Made by a program: the position numbers and the translations under genes. The notes beneath the pieces are model-generated. The model ran no database searches, had not been told where the DNA came from, and saw only the letters and a program-made list of their open reading frames with translations. From NCBI GenBank assembly GCA_905178155.1, contig CAJINV010000012.1:2134166-2198165 (forward strand): DNA of 64,000 bases, given 5' to 3'. The DNA comes from Amoebophrya sp. A120 (Eukaryota; Protista; Dinoflagellata). Positions 25,188-39,400 of this stretch are shown here, in pieces; the first letter of the stretch is position 1, and each line of letters opens with the position of its first letter.

Positions 25188-26256
25188 CTACACCTCCAAC
25201 AGCAACTCCTTCCCCCTCTTCACCGCCTCCTCCAACAGCACCTGACTCAACGCAATCCCGCTTCCCACCGCCGCTACGGGGTAATCGGTTTTCATCACTT
25301 TAAAATCTCCCACCAAATCTCCATTTTCTTCATTTTCCACAAACCCCGGCTCCAGCTGCTCGATCGCTTGAAACAGGGTGGCGTATGAAATGCAAAAGTA
25401 TCGTACTAGCATAAATTGTATTGCATTACAAATTTTCGCAGCATGAGAAATAAAATTTGTATTGCTGTTTTACCTTGCCAGGGGAATTTGTCATGCATAA
25501 TTGCAATTGGTACGACGAGTACGATGGATACTTTATTTGCACAGGATATGGCGCAAGTCCCGACAATGCTGTACTGTTCCTTCTCAAAACTCCGGTTTTC
25601 GTTCTTCTGGAAAATCTATGCATTGCAAATATGTCTGGGTCTGGAAACTTGTGATGCAAATCTACGAATTGTGGGCGCACTGCAATACGCAGCCCAGCAT
25701 GACAAGTTTTTGCGCTGCTGTGTGTTTCGGTTTTCGCATGGCAAACTGCGTTTTTGCATGACAAGCAGGAGGCCCTTCTCCTGCTCATGCATCACAGATT
25801 CAAGACTCATGTCAGACAAGCATGACAAACACAAACTTGCATTCTTCGAGACCCAGACATTTTTGCATTTGATAAAATCCGCGCCTGCTCCAACCCTTCC
25901 TGGTCCTTCAACTTGATTTTCAGCTCGATCTGCCGCTTCTGGAGCTTCTTCTCCGATTCGTGCTCCAGTTTGTTGGTTTTGTACTTCATGAGCATCTGTT
26001 CCAGCATGGATTTCAAAGTCCCAATCGCGATCATGGGAGAAGAGGAGGGGCCGTGGAGGAGGGTGTCAGCAGTTTTTGAGGAGGCGGCTGAAACAGATTT
26101 GTTGCGATGCAGGTTCCTGCTGTTCGTCGTAGATGCGGAAAACGTCGCGTCCTTCAGTTGCAAGGCCGAGGTCAAATAGCTGGATGAAAGTCCGATAACG
26201 GCAAGAACGCACCACATCGCGGGCCGCCTGGTGATGTTTGGCGGCCGCGCGGCCAT
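25188..26256 (-). CDS. Hypothetical secreted/coiled-coil protein
   Basis: Signal-like MWCVLAVIGLSSSYLTSA; three exons in frame after removing introners at 25617 and 25384. Confidence 0.7.
25384..25548. mobile_element. Introner family D
   Basis: TIRs; DR TGGCG. Confidence 0.9.
25617..25874. mobile_element. Introner family A
   Basis: TIRs; DR AAATC. Confidence 0.9.
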
Positions 26257-26734
26257 CTTGTCTGGAAAAAGAAGACCGGCGCGCAGAGCCAGAAATAAGC
26301 TAGCAGTATTGTGAAACCAAGGAGGGCGAAGAAATGTAGAAGTGCGCCGAGTGTGATTGTAGTGGTATCAACATTTTATGAAGTTGTTATGCTTCATTGT
26401 ACTACTTCCTGCAGATCAAATCGTTGCATCCAGAAGATCGCGCGAACAAACGACCCAAAGCGCCACCTCTGAGCCGGTGGTCTGCAGGCGGCGGATGAGC
26501 AGCACGTGGCTGCTCTCCAAGCCGATGGTGTTACAGCACAGCAACTTTTGTGATTATATTTCGTGTACACGTTCATTTTTGATCATGCGATTTGAACACT
26601 TACTCTGAGAAGTTTGGGTTTCTTTGGTTTCATGTTTGGAAAAAAGACCATAAGTGACTATGCGGAAAGACCCATTCCTCACCTCCCACCTGCCTTTCCT
26701 TGCGCAAATCCAATTCTTACTGCCACCTCCTTTA

Positions 26735-29356
26735 TCACGTCGGCGGTGCCGCAAAGGTGGCCGTGTAGTTATGCGCCACGACCTCCGCGGCCTGAAACGC
26801 GGCTTGCTGGTACGCCGTGATCTGGCCACGCGCGGATTCGGCCGTGGCGTACGCCGACTTTGCCTGCGCCTCGAAGTCCTGTGCCTGTTTCACCAACGCC
26901 CGGATCTCGTGTTCCTTCTCCGCCCTCTCTACCATCGTAATCGTATGCATTGCACAAGTATCGTACTAGTATAAATAGCATCACAAATTTTCCCAAGAGC
27001 AAAAACGTAAATTGTCATGCTGGACAAGGTAGAAAGGTAGATTTGTAATGCATACCTGCCATTACTACCAGTACGATGCTTTTGCACAAGATAAATCGGC
27101 GCGGCGGCGGATTTGGTCGTGGCTTCTTTCTTCTCCAAAATCAACTGGTCCGCCAGTGCCGCAGCTTGTTTCTGCTTCGCAATCGCCAGCTCGATCAACT
27201 TCCTGGCCTGGGAGTCGTATTCGGACGTTCTTTGCGCGGCTGTGGACATTTGCTGTTGGTACGGCTCCGCGGCTCGGGCGGCAATTACCCGCGGGTAGAA
27301 ATCCGGATTGTTCCATCCGTACGCCTCAGCTTCCGATTTCCCGATTTGCTCCGCGAGTGGTTCGACCGTTTTCTTGATTTTCTCCACCGCTAGTGCTGCG
27401 GCTTTCCCGGCGACCTGTTTTGACAGTGCAACCATGGCGTCGTAGTCCTGGCGGACCTTCTGGTACTCCTCTTTCGCGGATTTCAAATTCAGTTCCGCTT
27501 CGGCGATGGTCGTTGAGCCGACGTTTTCGGACGCGAGCAGAGACTCCTGGACCTGCGCAACCTTGGCAGCGGCGTTTAACGCGCGTTGCTTTGCGTAGGA
27601 TGCCCTTGCAGCGTCGGACTTCGCGGCGGTCAGGTCAGATGCGGCTTGGGCCATCTTCGTCCGGCCGAAGAGCTGTGGTGGGGAGTAAATGGTGAAACTT
27701 TTGCAGAAATGCACGACAAGAATCTAGGCTAATGCTACATTGCGAGGACAAACAAACTTTTGTGTCGAAAGCAGAAACAATTTCGATGTCGTCTATACCC
27801 CTCTCAAATCGATTTCGTATTTCTTTTTCTCTTCCACTTTCTTCTCTTCTTCCTCCTCCGCCGCTAGCTCTGCTTTCGCGTCCTTGTTCGCATCATCATC
27901 TCCACTCCCGTCCGCCTCTAACTTCTTCGGCGGCACCTGTTTCATGAAGGCTTCCATTCCAACCCCCTATCAAGAGAAAAAAATGTTACAGTTACACATT
28001 TGTTTGAATTTCTGCATCACAAGTTTTCGCTGTGTGGCAGGAAAAACTTGCAATGCGAAGATGATAAGGGAAAACAGTAAGGAGCCGAGGCTTCCCAGCA
28101 TTTCCTGCATGAGAGAGGTTGCCTGTGTTGCCGGTCTTGCAACGCAGTGTGTAACTGTAACACTTTTTTCTTGCGATACCCCCGCGTCCGACCACACTAC
28201 TACTTCACACGGGTTTCCACCCTCCCGCGCTTCCGTCGGCAGGGTTTTTTGCAAGTCCTGCGGCGCCAGCATCTCGCAATTCGCCCCGTTCTTCGCGTTA
28301 GTCACTTTGCAGTTGAGTTATGCAATGTAAATTTTCCGTAGCCGTACATGTACAAAATGCATTACAAATCCCGTTAAATTGGAGTGTCCGAGGACTTGTC
28401 ATGCTAGACTAGGATTGAAGGCAAGTTTTGTCATGCAGAGACTGCATAGTGATAGTTTGTACGTGTACAGGAAAGTTACTGTGGATATGAGTTCGCAAAA
28501 CCGCGACGTCGCCTCCTCGTTCGGAGTGTTGGTGTTGGATCCCGCGTTTGGGGAGAGTATTCCCTGAAATAAATTAAGCATCCCCGCCATCCAATTTGTC
28601 ATGCAAAACATGTAGTAAAAAATTCTGCGCTTGTCATGCAAAAAGTGGATGGGGATGGTAAAACAATTTTCAGGGGATAGAGAGACACCGGGGCTGACAC
28701 GAAGTGTTGGTTGTGTCTTCCTCATATGAATCGCAAAAGCATAGCACTCGTACTAATTGCAAACATGCATGACAAATCTTCTTCCTAAGGTAAAACAGCA
28801 TTACAAATCCCATTTCTAATGCTGAGGGAATTTGTGATGCTATTTATAGATACTAGTACGCTACTACTTACTTTTGCAATGCATACCTCGGATTCGTTTG
28901 TTTCGGAGTTCAGGTTCAAGGGGGGGCTGAACCCGCACTGGTACCCGAGAGACCCGCTGGGGAAGTCGGACGGTTTTTGGCACGTTTCCGTTTCCCGACT
29001 CTGGCAACACTCGCAGGAGCACCAATTCGTGCCGGTGGCGGAACTGTTTCGTTGTTATGTGGATGCTGTGTGGTTTCAACAGCGACAAGAATCTGTGTCA
29101 ATCTGCTTTTTAGATCCAAACTTTACTTCGTGCAAAAAGTGTTGATGTTCTTAAGTATCTATCATGGCAAAAAGTCTCAGTACCGATAGAGCCCATCCAT
29201 GGCTGCAGACAAGTAATCCTGGCCTCCATCATCCGTCGGAACCGCGGCTGGCTGCAGAAATCTAGCGTCCGTTAGCGGAACAGCGAGGAAGACCTGGATG
29301 GAGACAAGGGCGAGAAGCCCTGCTCCTCTGCCACTGACTGTGTTGGAGAAACCCAT
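26735..29356 (-). CDS. Hypothetical secreted protein: signal peptide, Cys-rich domain (WCSCECC...FCELNCK), Ala-rich coiled coil
   Basis: Continuous frame across 5 introners and 2 GT-AG introns. Confidence 0.75.
26944..27093. mobile_element. Introner family D
   Basis: TIRs; DR AATCG. Confidence 0.9.
27968..28178. mobile_element. Introner family B (opposite orientation to 9521 copy)
   Basis: TIRs; DR CCCCC. Confidence 0.9.
28319..28487. mobile_element. Introner family F
   Basis: TIRs; DR TGAGT. Confidence 0.9.
28558..28679. mobile_element. Introner family G (CATCCCCATCC-type TIR)
   Basis: Imperfect TIRs; DR GAGAG; related to 58098. Confidence 0.85.
28725..28885. mobile_element. Introner family D
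   Basis: TIRs; DR CCTCA/CCTCG. Confidence 0.85.
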
Positions 29357-29879
29357 TTTTGGTGACACGAAACTGGTCGTGTCTAATGCTAATGGTTTAT
29401 ACATGTGTCTTATCTGAGGAAGCAGACCGTCGCGCAGAGTAGAGCTTCAACAGCTCCTCCATGCGGGGCGCTTCCTCTTCATGAAGTGGAAGTGCGGATC
29501 GGTGGTCACTGGGTAAACAACGAAATCCAAAGCGTATTGGTCTGAGCGTCGTACTAGAAGATGTTTCAAAGCAGAACTAAGCACATTGACTGAGTTTATT
29601 TTTCTGCGCTCACCGCGCAACGGTGGCACGATCTCCGCCTGGACAGACTGAAAAGAAAGCTGTTTCTCATAAAGCACTCGCGCGCGTCTTCTTCAAACAA
29701 GCTCCGTCCCTCCTACAGCACTAGCTTCTGAGCCTGAACAACAACTACGACAGGCCTTAGCAAAAGACAACAATAGCGAACCTGCCAAAACGGCGTGCGC
29801 CGTCGTCAACTCAAGTAAACAATCTGACCAATACAGGCCGACAAGAAATACTGCAACAAGCCGCCCTAACACCCCAACC

Positions 29880-31400
29880 TACAACGAACCAAAAGCCAGG
29901 CAGGGCCGGCAGCGTTGGCGCAGACGAGGAAGGGGCGAAACGGATAATTAAACCCCGGCGGGGCCGGCTCACGAGGAGGATAGCAACGAACCGGCGCGCC
30001 CGGCCGCCGGCCAAGCTAGCAGGCGCGGAGCTGCATGCTCCTGCCGGCCGGCGAGCGCTCGCTCGGACGGCCGGCCCCAGCCCGGTAAAATGGGCCAGGC
30101 TATGCAAGCACAGTCTTACTCGCCGGCCGGCCCGCCGGCGCCCGATACATGAAGGCGCGCCAGCCGCGGGCGCAGGCACGCACCCCGCCCGGCCCCCCCC
30201 CGGCCGGGGAAGCAGGCGCAGACAGACCACCAGGCCGCCCCGCCGCAGCCCACAGGCGAAGCAAAGGCCCGGGGCGGCGCGGCGCACGCCACGGAGCGAA
30301 ATTAAGTAACAAGAAAGAGTGAGAGAAGACGGAAGGGCCGACCGTCATGCGCCCCCGATTCAATTGCAGGACCAGCGTCGCACTGGGGCGCTTGGAGGGC
30401 TGGGACTTTCGTGAAACACCCGGCCGGACGACCCGGCCTCGCCGCGCCCGCCAGATTGAGGCGCGCAGCCGGGCCGCCCCCCCCCCCGCCGGGCAGCAAA
30501 TTGCTACGGCGCGGGCCGACTTGCGACAGCGATTGCCCTGCTCGTGCCACACCCCCGCCGGGGGGGGCGGGTGCTCTCTGCGCCGTCGCCTGCTGCCCCT
30601 TCACTCTTTCACGAGCGACCCAGGTCGGCGCTGCAGCAGGAGGCGCTATAATTCGCATGATGACACTACCCCGCCCCCCCCAACCTCGGGAAAGCCCGGC
30701 GCCAGCGGGGCGCCCTTGGATTGTGGCCCCCACCAATCGGGGCACTTGCGTGCTGCGCTTCGGGGCGGCAGGCTCGCTGTCGATCATCTTCGGCGCGATA
30801 ATCCGGATAGCAAAAGCGTCCAACGAACAGCTGCAGCATCATAGTGCGGATCGTGCGGGCCGGAGCGGTCAACCTCTTCGAGGCACCACACCAAAGAAGT
30901 CCCTGGCGCTGCGGAAACATTCCCGGCAGACAGCGCCGCCACATAATCACGGGGCGCGGACATTTTACCCGCCCCGCCCCACCCTGCCAGCCAGGCAAGG
31001 AAACAAGCCCACCGGGGAAGCGGTCCCCCATTATGCCGGGGCGCCGGCCATCCGGTGGAGGCGGCGCGTGCGGATATTCCGCCCGGGCCGCCTCCTTGTG
31101 CACAATCAGACTCCTCGGCCCCAGTCCGGGCGGAACATCGACGCCGCCTGGCTCTGCATCAAGGGCGGCGCCACGAAAACGCCCGGGCCGAACGATTGAA
31201 GCGGGCAGCCCGCCAAGCCGAGGGCGCGTGGCCCCGCTGGCTGCGAGCGGGCTGCCGACCTGCGCCGCGGGCGGGGCGGCTGCCACATGTTTGTTCCCAC
31301 CGGCACTGGCCCCCCCCCGCCCCAGCCTCCGCCTTCTGCTAGGCTTCCCGCGCCTTCTCCTTCGCTTGGTCCTCTGCAAAATGCTGGCGCTTCTTAGTAC
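29880..31400. other. GC-rich intergenic island
   Basis: Very high GC, poly-C/G runs, upstream of the gene starting at 29356. Confidence 0.55.
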
Positions 31401-31813
31401 AACACGCAAGCCACAAACCGGGAGAAAAACAACGGCGCAAATTATTTGCGCCACTGTTTCGCGCGCATGGTCTCCGGTCGCGCACTTCGAACTTCGTGAC
31501 GCGCGACAACGTAAATCGCTCATCTCTTTGCAGATTTTATTTTCATGCGTCTCTTTGCTCCTCTCGTTCTCCATCTCCTTTGAGAGACCGTCATCCACAC
31601 GACGAACAGTCTCATCTACTAAGTGCATCACGTTCGCCTTAATGTCGAGGTGATCGTGCGTTCGCTGAGCGAACTACCGCAAGTAATTGTTTGTAGTGCG
31701 GCGCCTACTTTCATCATCTTCATCGCCTCTATTCTCATTTTTGTTTACGCGCACTGTCGGGCACACTATAGTCAACATTTCTTGCTTGCTGTCATTTTTC
31801 AGCATCCACCTAC

Positions 31814-33043
31814 TTACCTCCCCCTCTCACTCCCCACTCCACTCCGTCCACTTCCGGATCCTAACTCCGACCCCGCGACGTCGTTTTCGTTGTGTCCCGC
31901 CACGCTGCCTCCCATTTCACTCGAGGTTGAACTGCGGTCCAAATACTGACTCTTCGAGGATGAACTTCCGCCCGAACTTTCCCGACTGCTGGTGTGATCC
32001 GAGATTTGGAAGCCCCCGCGCCCGAAAAACTCCTTCGCGGACGTGGAAATCGGCATGGGCGTGGTTCTATCCGGCGTCAACACTGCAGCTGACAACGCGA
32101 CTTGGTTTGCTTGCTTGTGGCCGATGTAGATCCCGTGGCAGCACCCGCCGAGACAGCCGGCGAGCGCGATAAGACCAAAGTACTGCAGCCAGGACATGGA
32201 GTCAACGGATTTCTTTTCTAGGAAAATCAAGGATGTTGTCGTGAGCAGTTGGCCAAGAGGATGTTGGTGACCATCTTCAATGCGTGGTTGTGATGCTGAC
32301 GCTTGTCTTTCTCTTTCATCCCCCCGATTTGATTTCATTACTGCAGCCTCTTCTGTTTCAACTACCTTCTCTATCAATCGCTCGATCTCGTGTTGGCCCG
32401 GTCCGCCGGAGGTTTTGTCCCCTTCATTCGTCCGTTGCTGCTCCTTAAAGAAGTGCTTGTGCAGCTGCTGGACAAGGGATGACGAAGCTGCTACACCCTT
32501 TCGACTCCGTAATTTGGTGGTTTTCACGTCTGAAGGTTGCGATGCAGGAGGAGCGACGTGGTCCTGATGGCGGCCTGTTTCATCTCTAGTTGCACGACTA
32601 CTTGCAGCTGCCGCGGTCTCTGCTCCAGCGCTGTGCGCCGCCGCATGCGCAGCTTGTGGTCCGTGTTCCTGAAGATCAAGATCTTCAGCGGCTTCTTGTG
32701 GGTCCACGTCCTGTTCAACATCAGAAGTAGTGGCTTGCCGCCCGTCTGCTGCTATGTCTTGTGCGAGCAGTTGTTCCGTGGGTCTTTCGGAAACTGCGCC
32801 AGCAGCTGATGAAGTGGCGCTTCGTGGTCCGCTTTGCTCGCGAAGGCTCGCTTCGACCAGTGCTGGAGGGAGGAACGAAAACAACAGGCCTCCTGGTCCT
32901 GGTGCAGCCAACAGGCAGCTGTGTTGGGCCAGTCTCTTCATCCTTGTTGAAGACGTGCACATCAAACTACTAGTTCTGATTCTACTCCACGGGACTTCTA
33001 AAATCACTCCTGCTGCAGATGTTGAGGAACAAGTACGTTGCAA
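31814..33043 (-). CDS. Hypothetical membrane protein (about 409 aa; start uncertain)
   Basis: Long ORF co-oriented with neighbours; hydrophobic WLQYFGLIALAGCLGGCCHGIYIG. Confidence 0.55.
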   Translation of the reverse strand: MQRTCSSTSAAGVILEVPWSRIRTSSLMCTSSTRMKRLAQHSCLLAAPGPGGLLFSFLPPALVEASLREQSGPRSATSSAAGAVSERPTEQLLAQDIAADGRQATTSDVEQDVDPQEAAEDLDLQEHGPQAAHAAAHSAGAETAAAASSRATRDETGRHQDHVAPPASQPSDVKTTKLRSRKGVAASSSLVQQLHKHFFKEQQRTNEGDKTSGGPGQHEIERLIEKVVETEEAAVMKSNRGDERERQASASQPRIEDGHQHPLGQLLTTTSLIFLEKKSVDSMSWLQYFGLIALAGCLGGCCHGIYIGHKQANQVALSAAVLTPDRTTPMPISTSAKEFFGRGGFQISDHTSSRESSGGSSSSKSQYLDRSSTSSEMGGSVAGHNENDVAGSELGSGSGRSGVGSERGR

Positions 33044-33460
33044 GTTCGGACATTCATCTTGATTCTTGGCCCCCCTTTCATAATAAAGATAAGCACTTTG
33101 AAAGTAGAAGCACCGCCGCCCGCTTCAAAGTAGAAGCATCGGCTACAGAGCGATTCTAGTCCAGGCGTTCGCTCCGTCGAAAATGCTCGTGCTCTTATGG
33201 ACGTTCTTACAACACACTTTGTAATGTATTGCGTTTGCGGTCCGGCACAGAAGCACTCACTAGGCACTGTCTCTCCACCGCTTCTCTAAATTCACTATAT
33301 CGAATACGAATCGTCGACCGCGCAGTAGAACCAATTCGTCAAGGTTTGAGCAGCACTGCTGGTACCAAGCCTGCTGCAGGCTGCTGGAGGGTGAATGAAA
33401 ATGATGCTTGTATGGTGCTTGTTTATGTTTACGGCGCTATTGATTGTAGAGACTTTTTAC

Positions 33461-36400
33461 TTACTTCTTTTGCTGCGTCGCAAGATTGTGCTTGGCTCTC
33501 GCTCGGTTAGCTGCCGTGTCGCGCACGACGTGTTGTTTCGTTCCTACCGTCTTTTGGTTTATTTGCGCACTTGTAGCTGTACTATTCTGATTTGCTGCAT
33601 CTCCCCTCCCCCACCCAGCCACTGTTCTCGTTTTCCGTGTCGGGCTGAAACTCACCGACCGGCGCAAATGGTCAGAACTGGCGGCGGAGGAAGTTTTCTT
33701 GAAAGCCGAGTTAGTGGTTGCTGTTTTACTCACCATCGCCGTACTAGTTGTCGTCCCCATCGCCGTTGTTCCTGGCCTACTCTGGTGCCTTCTCACGGGG
33801 CTTCTACTTGATGCCATTACAAAAGAATTCTCCACCGAGCTCAACCGCGGCGCCACCAGCTGCTGGCTTCTTTTCGCGACCACACTTCTGCTTCTTATCG
33901 GACTGCTCAAAGATGCGGCCACTTGTTCGCGGAGACTCATTTTCGCAGTTGCAGTGTTGACCATCCGGGGCGGTGACCTGGAGTCGTTTCTGCAAAGTGA
34001 TCTATTTCTATGCGCGGACGAGCTGTTCAGAAGTTTTTCGTTTACCATCCTCCTGGTGCGGCTGTTCTGCCTGCTATTGTTCGTCCTCGGAGAAGCAGAA
34101 ACTGAGGACACAAAACTGTTTCCCCGAGAGGACCTGGATGTTCTACTTCGGTACCCGACGTCCAACTGCCCGGATGGTCCAAAGAGAATCTGTTTCCTTT
34201 TATTCGCGGAAGCTGTTGTTGGCCGGTTAATTGGAGTGACAGAGCGGGAGGAGAGCGGGCTGCGCTCGTGAATGAATGCGTCCTTGCTGTTTTTGAAAAC
34301 CTTGTTTCGGCTGCTTTTAGTAGAAGCGTTGGAGAGCGTGCGAGGACGGTTAGAAGAAGTTCTCTGGTGCTGTTGTAATGGCGACCGTGGACTTCGACTC
34401 TGTCTCGCTGTCGCAGTGCCGGTAGCAGAAGGTGTTATTCTAGGTGAAATGCCACTGCTCATGCCTGCAAGTGCAATTCCACCTCGTGGACTGGCGGAAT
34501 AAAGCCGACTCCTACTTCTGTTCAAATCGTTCCCACCCTTCTGCTTCGAAGATGAATTGTGGTTCTCTACCTGCGGCTGTCCGTAGAACTGGAAGATCAC
34601 TGGTTGTTGCTGCTGGCTTTGCATGGAAGCCACAGACGTGCTTCGCCCCTGATGCCATTCCTGCGCGACCACGGGTAGCGGCTGAGGCGGTGCAATGGCA
34701 GCCGCACTCGTAGTTCCAGCATTAACTATCCTTGCCCTCGCCTTCGTTCGCATCGCGACAGAGGTGCTTGTGCTCCGACTGGAAGTCGTTGAGTTTTTTG
34801 ACTGGTTTCGAAGACTCTTGTTCTGGTGTGACACAACTCCTCCGGCTCTCTTGCTCACCTGTACTTGCCCTCCTGCACCTGCTCCGCCGCGTTTCAAAAC
34901 CGGCTTTCCTCGGCCCGACCCACCAGACGCGTCGGCGATTGGAAGTGGAAGTAAATCACCAGCATCATCTCCACCTCCTCCGCCCTGCTGTTCCTGCTGT
35001 TTCAGAGTGAACAACCTGCACAGCTCCTGACTCTGACTCAGCACCACCTTCTGTGACTCCTCGAACCGTTTTTGTTCCTCATACAACTGTATCAAGTGGA
35101 AATATGTCTGGGTCTGGAAACTTGTAATGCAAAGACGGGAAGAGTGAGCACTCTATGATGCGCTGCACAGCAAGGCAAGTTTTTCCGTGCTTCTGAGTTG
35201 CGTACTCCGCATGAGAAGCTGCATTTTTGCATGACAGGCGAGAGGGGCTCTTCGCGGCCACGCAATACAGATTTCAGAGTCATACCAGACCAGCATGGCA
35301 AATATCGCAATCTCCCGACCCAGACGTATTTGCAATTGATAAACTGTCTTTCTAATTCCCTTACTTTCTTCACCAAATTATCCGACTCACACCCGATTTT
35401 CACCTGCGCAACTTCCTGCACCGTGCAGTAATTCTCTAATGACTGCCGTAGATGTTCTTTGTTGTTTTCGGTTTGTTGGAGTTCCTGCTGGAGTTCCAGC
35501 CGGATATTTTTCTCGTGGATCACTTCCTGCTGGAGCTGTTTGGTTTGCTGCAACAACATGTCCTGGTAGTGGTTGTTCATTTCTATCGCGAATTGCTCTT
35601 TCTCGTCTTGCAGCTGGCTGATTTTCTCGCGTTCCGTGTCAATAGTGTGAAGGAGCAGATCTTTCTCTTCGGCTGTTTTTGTTTCAACATTTGATGTTGT
35701 GTGATGATGTGTCCTGTTTGTCATGCGAAAAATCGCACCAAAGCAAGTGACTTTTGTCATGCTCATACAAAACTGCAAAAACATAAAACATCATCAATCA
35801 TGTTAACTACATTATCGTCGACAAACTCAGATGAAGTGTTGCAGTAGTACCTATCGCCACTTGCAGCTCTTCTAATTGCTTTTCCGCTAGCTTCTTGAAT
35901 TTCTCGTATCAAGTGCAGAAGTGTCTGGGTCTGGAAGGTTCTGAGACTTGTCATGCACTTTTTGCATGAGCCATGATGTCTGTGATGCATGCCCTAGCAT
36001 CACAGATTTTTTGAGGGCTTCTTGATGCCTATTCCGCATGACAAATGCCCTCCCCGCGTAGCAAGCATTGATTACGCTCCCTTTGCTGCTCATGCAGTAC
36101 AGATTTTTTTGGAATCCAAATTCAGCATCACAAGTTGCATTCTTCCAGACCCAGACATTTTTGCATTTGATATCTCGTTCTCCGACACTAATTGCCCCTT
36201 TTCCGCCTCACTGGTCTTCCTCACCTCGTCACACTGTTTTTCCAGTAAACTTGATTTTTTCTTTTCCTTATCCAGCTCCTTCACGCACTTTTCTAACTCC
36301 TTCACCACCAAATTCAGCTTTTTCTCAATACCACTTTTATCAAATGCAAATATGTCTGGGTCTGGAAACTTGTGATGCGGGATGGCGTATCATGAGGAGG

Positions 36401-39400
36401 CCACAAGTGCTGGCGCAGCATCACAAGTTTCTGAGCTTCTTCTGGGTGTTGCCTATACTGCGTCACAAACTGCGTTTCTGCATGACAGAAAACCGGCGCT
36501 CTTGGGTAACGTGCATGACAGATTTGAGAGCCATGCCAGACAAGCATGACAAACATGCATTGTTCCAGACTCAGACGTATTTGCATTTGGTAACTTTTCT
36601 CCTCCACCAATCTCTGCTCGTCCATTTTTGAATTCTGTTTCAACTGCCGGACTTCAAATTGACAGCTCATGTCCAAATTCCGGATCAATTTTCCAAACGA
36701 GCAGGCTTTCAGTTGCAACAAGAAGAACTGCTTCGAATTGTTCTGCTTCTTCACATATGCATTTCAAATATGTCTGGGTCTGGATCTGGAAGGTTGCAAC
36801 TTGTAATGCTGGCCTTACATTCCGGAAAAATCTGTATTGCATGAACAGCAAAAGACGCGGCGTCTTCTGTCATACAAAAACGCAGCTTCTCATGCAGACA
36901 GCGTATCATGAGAAACCCTTCTGCAAACTTGTCATGCTTGGCCGCATTCGGAAGCGTTTTCATCGTGAACAGTTCAGCATCACAGGCTTCCAGGCCCAGA
37001 CATATTTGCAATGCATATCACAATCAACTGGTTGATTTTGTCCAACCCGGCGAGGAGACAAGTCGCTTTTTCCAAATCCCGGACGGATTGCTGGTAGCTG
37101 TTGAATATGCACTGCAAAAGTATCGCACTCATACTTCTGATTGCGGTCATGCATTACAATTCTAGTTGTTAAGGCAAACCCGCATTACAAATTCACTTTG
37201 TATAAATGCTGAGCCAATTTGTATTGCAAGTTATACTAGTACGATAGTTTTGCAATTCATATTGACCTTCAATTTGTAGAAAAAGTGTTTTTTCCACTCC
37301 CGCTGCTTGTACAGTTTCAACTGCGTGACCAACGTCACGAAGGACTCGCATTTCGTCTTCAGTTCCGATATGCAATACAAATTTCCCGCACATGTACAAG
37401 ATGCATCACAAAAATAAATTTCACCGAATTTGGAGCGCAAAACTTGTCCTGCTAAACTAGGATCGAAGCCAAGTTTTGTCATGCAGAGAACGCATTTGTA
37501 CGTGTACTACGGGAAATTTACTGTTGATATCCGAGTTCGCGGACTGCCAGATTTGAAGGACCGCGCGGGCAAGTTTTTCGTTCAGCGGCTTTGCAAGTTT
37601 CTGGTTGAAAAACTGCTGCAGTTTTTCCTTCTGCGTAGTTGAAGATTCAAAATCGATCCTCGCTTTTCTGTCCTTCGTCAAAACTTGTTTGAAGTAGTTG
37701 AAGTTCTCTTTCATGATCCGGTGTTTTCTCTTCACTAACAGCGCCTCCAGTCGAAAGGTTTTGTCGCGGTTGCGTAGGAATTTTTTGAAAAGGAGTTGCA
37801 AGATTTTCCTTCTTCGTTTCTTCATCGCAAATTCCGCGATATTGTCGAAGAGATTATCCTGCTCCACCACCTGGTTTTCTTTCCAGCTTTCCGCGTAGCA
37901 ACCTAATTTGTTCAGTTCCAGCTGCTTGAAACTCCGGAGTTTGGACTTCTGGGTGCAAATTTTGTGCATCTTATCCAAAACGGAGAAGAGAATCTGCACC
38001 CGAATGCTCTTGTCCGCTTGCTCAACCAGTTGCTCCATCGGAGATTTTTGGGCGGCTAATTCTATTGCGAAATCATGATCAGGGGGATGGAGGTTGAAGT
38101 TGTCATGCGGGGAAGCAGCACCAGGTGACGGGGACGGCGAAGCAAGTCCGTACTTCTGCATCAGCGGCGTCAACCGCGGTATGGGCTCGTAGACTTTCTC
38201 GGGACGACGGAGGACTCGGCTATCCTTGTTTGTCATGCTGCTTCGCAATAAGTGGTCTCCTCTTGACGTCGATGCAGCTTCTAACGCAAAAGGCGCAGTA
38301 GTTCCGCCCGGCGCCAATACGTTCTCCTCGTTCAGGTCTTCCAAAGTGGGTGAGCGAAGGTGAAAAACCGGGGGAAGGGAAGATGAGGCAGCAGCAGCTT
38401 CGACGTCCTGTAGTTTTGGTGCAGAAGATGCACCACCAGCTTTGTTGTCTTGGTCTTTCATCGACACCTATCACAGGAAAAAGTGTATAACGTTAACAGT
38501 TTTCACAGATTGCAATCATGCATCACAAATGTAGCCCAATATGCATGCTATGCATGACAAACTCTGGTGACGCGTCTTGTGATGCATTTCTGCATCACAA
38601 ATTCCATTAACGTTAACACTTTTTCTTGTGATAACATCTCCAAAACCGATTCCCGCATTGTTTTCAAGGAGAACTCCATCGCGTTTTTTTCGTTTAACAA
38701 ATGTTCGTTCTCCCTTTTCAATTTTCTCTCCTTACACGCGTAAAAGTACCAGCCGGTTAAAAACCGCGAAAACAGCTCCCGCCGTCGCAACCTCCGCACA
38801 AAGAAATACTTGCACCAAAACCGGGCTTCCCGGTCCGCGTGGGTTTTCCAAGCGAGGAAGGAGTGTTTTAGAAGTTTGGAAGTTGATTTCATCTCCAAAA
38901 CTTGCTGTGATTTCTTGTTTCTTCTATTGCTTTGTCGGCAGTACCCGCCCCAGCTCCGCATGCAGAACTGGAGCATGGAAAATCGGTATTTTTTCAAACT
39001 CTTCTCCCCCCTCGCGTGGTGGAAAGCAAGGTCAAGTAAGTGCTTCCTCGATACAGCTATTTGCTTCCAGGAGTGAAAAGCTTGTTGCTGAATTGAGCGG
39101 TGGTGGAATTTCGTCTGCAGTGCGTAGACCATGTAGTCTTGTTTTTCTTCCAGAAATGCGGTTTCTTGTCGGTGAGAAGCCGCCTGATTTTCAAACTGTT
39201 GCTCCATCTGCTCTAACTGCTGATGCACCGTTTCCAGCTCTTGTTGCATATCCTGTGCAAAAGCATCACACTCGTATTACAATCATGCATTACAAGTCGT
39301 TTTCTTAACCTTGGCCAGCATTAAAAATTTTATTTCTCACGCTAAGGAAATTCAAATTTGTAATGCATTTATACGAGTACGGTACTTTAATATTTGCAGT

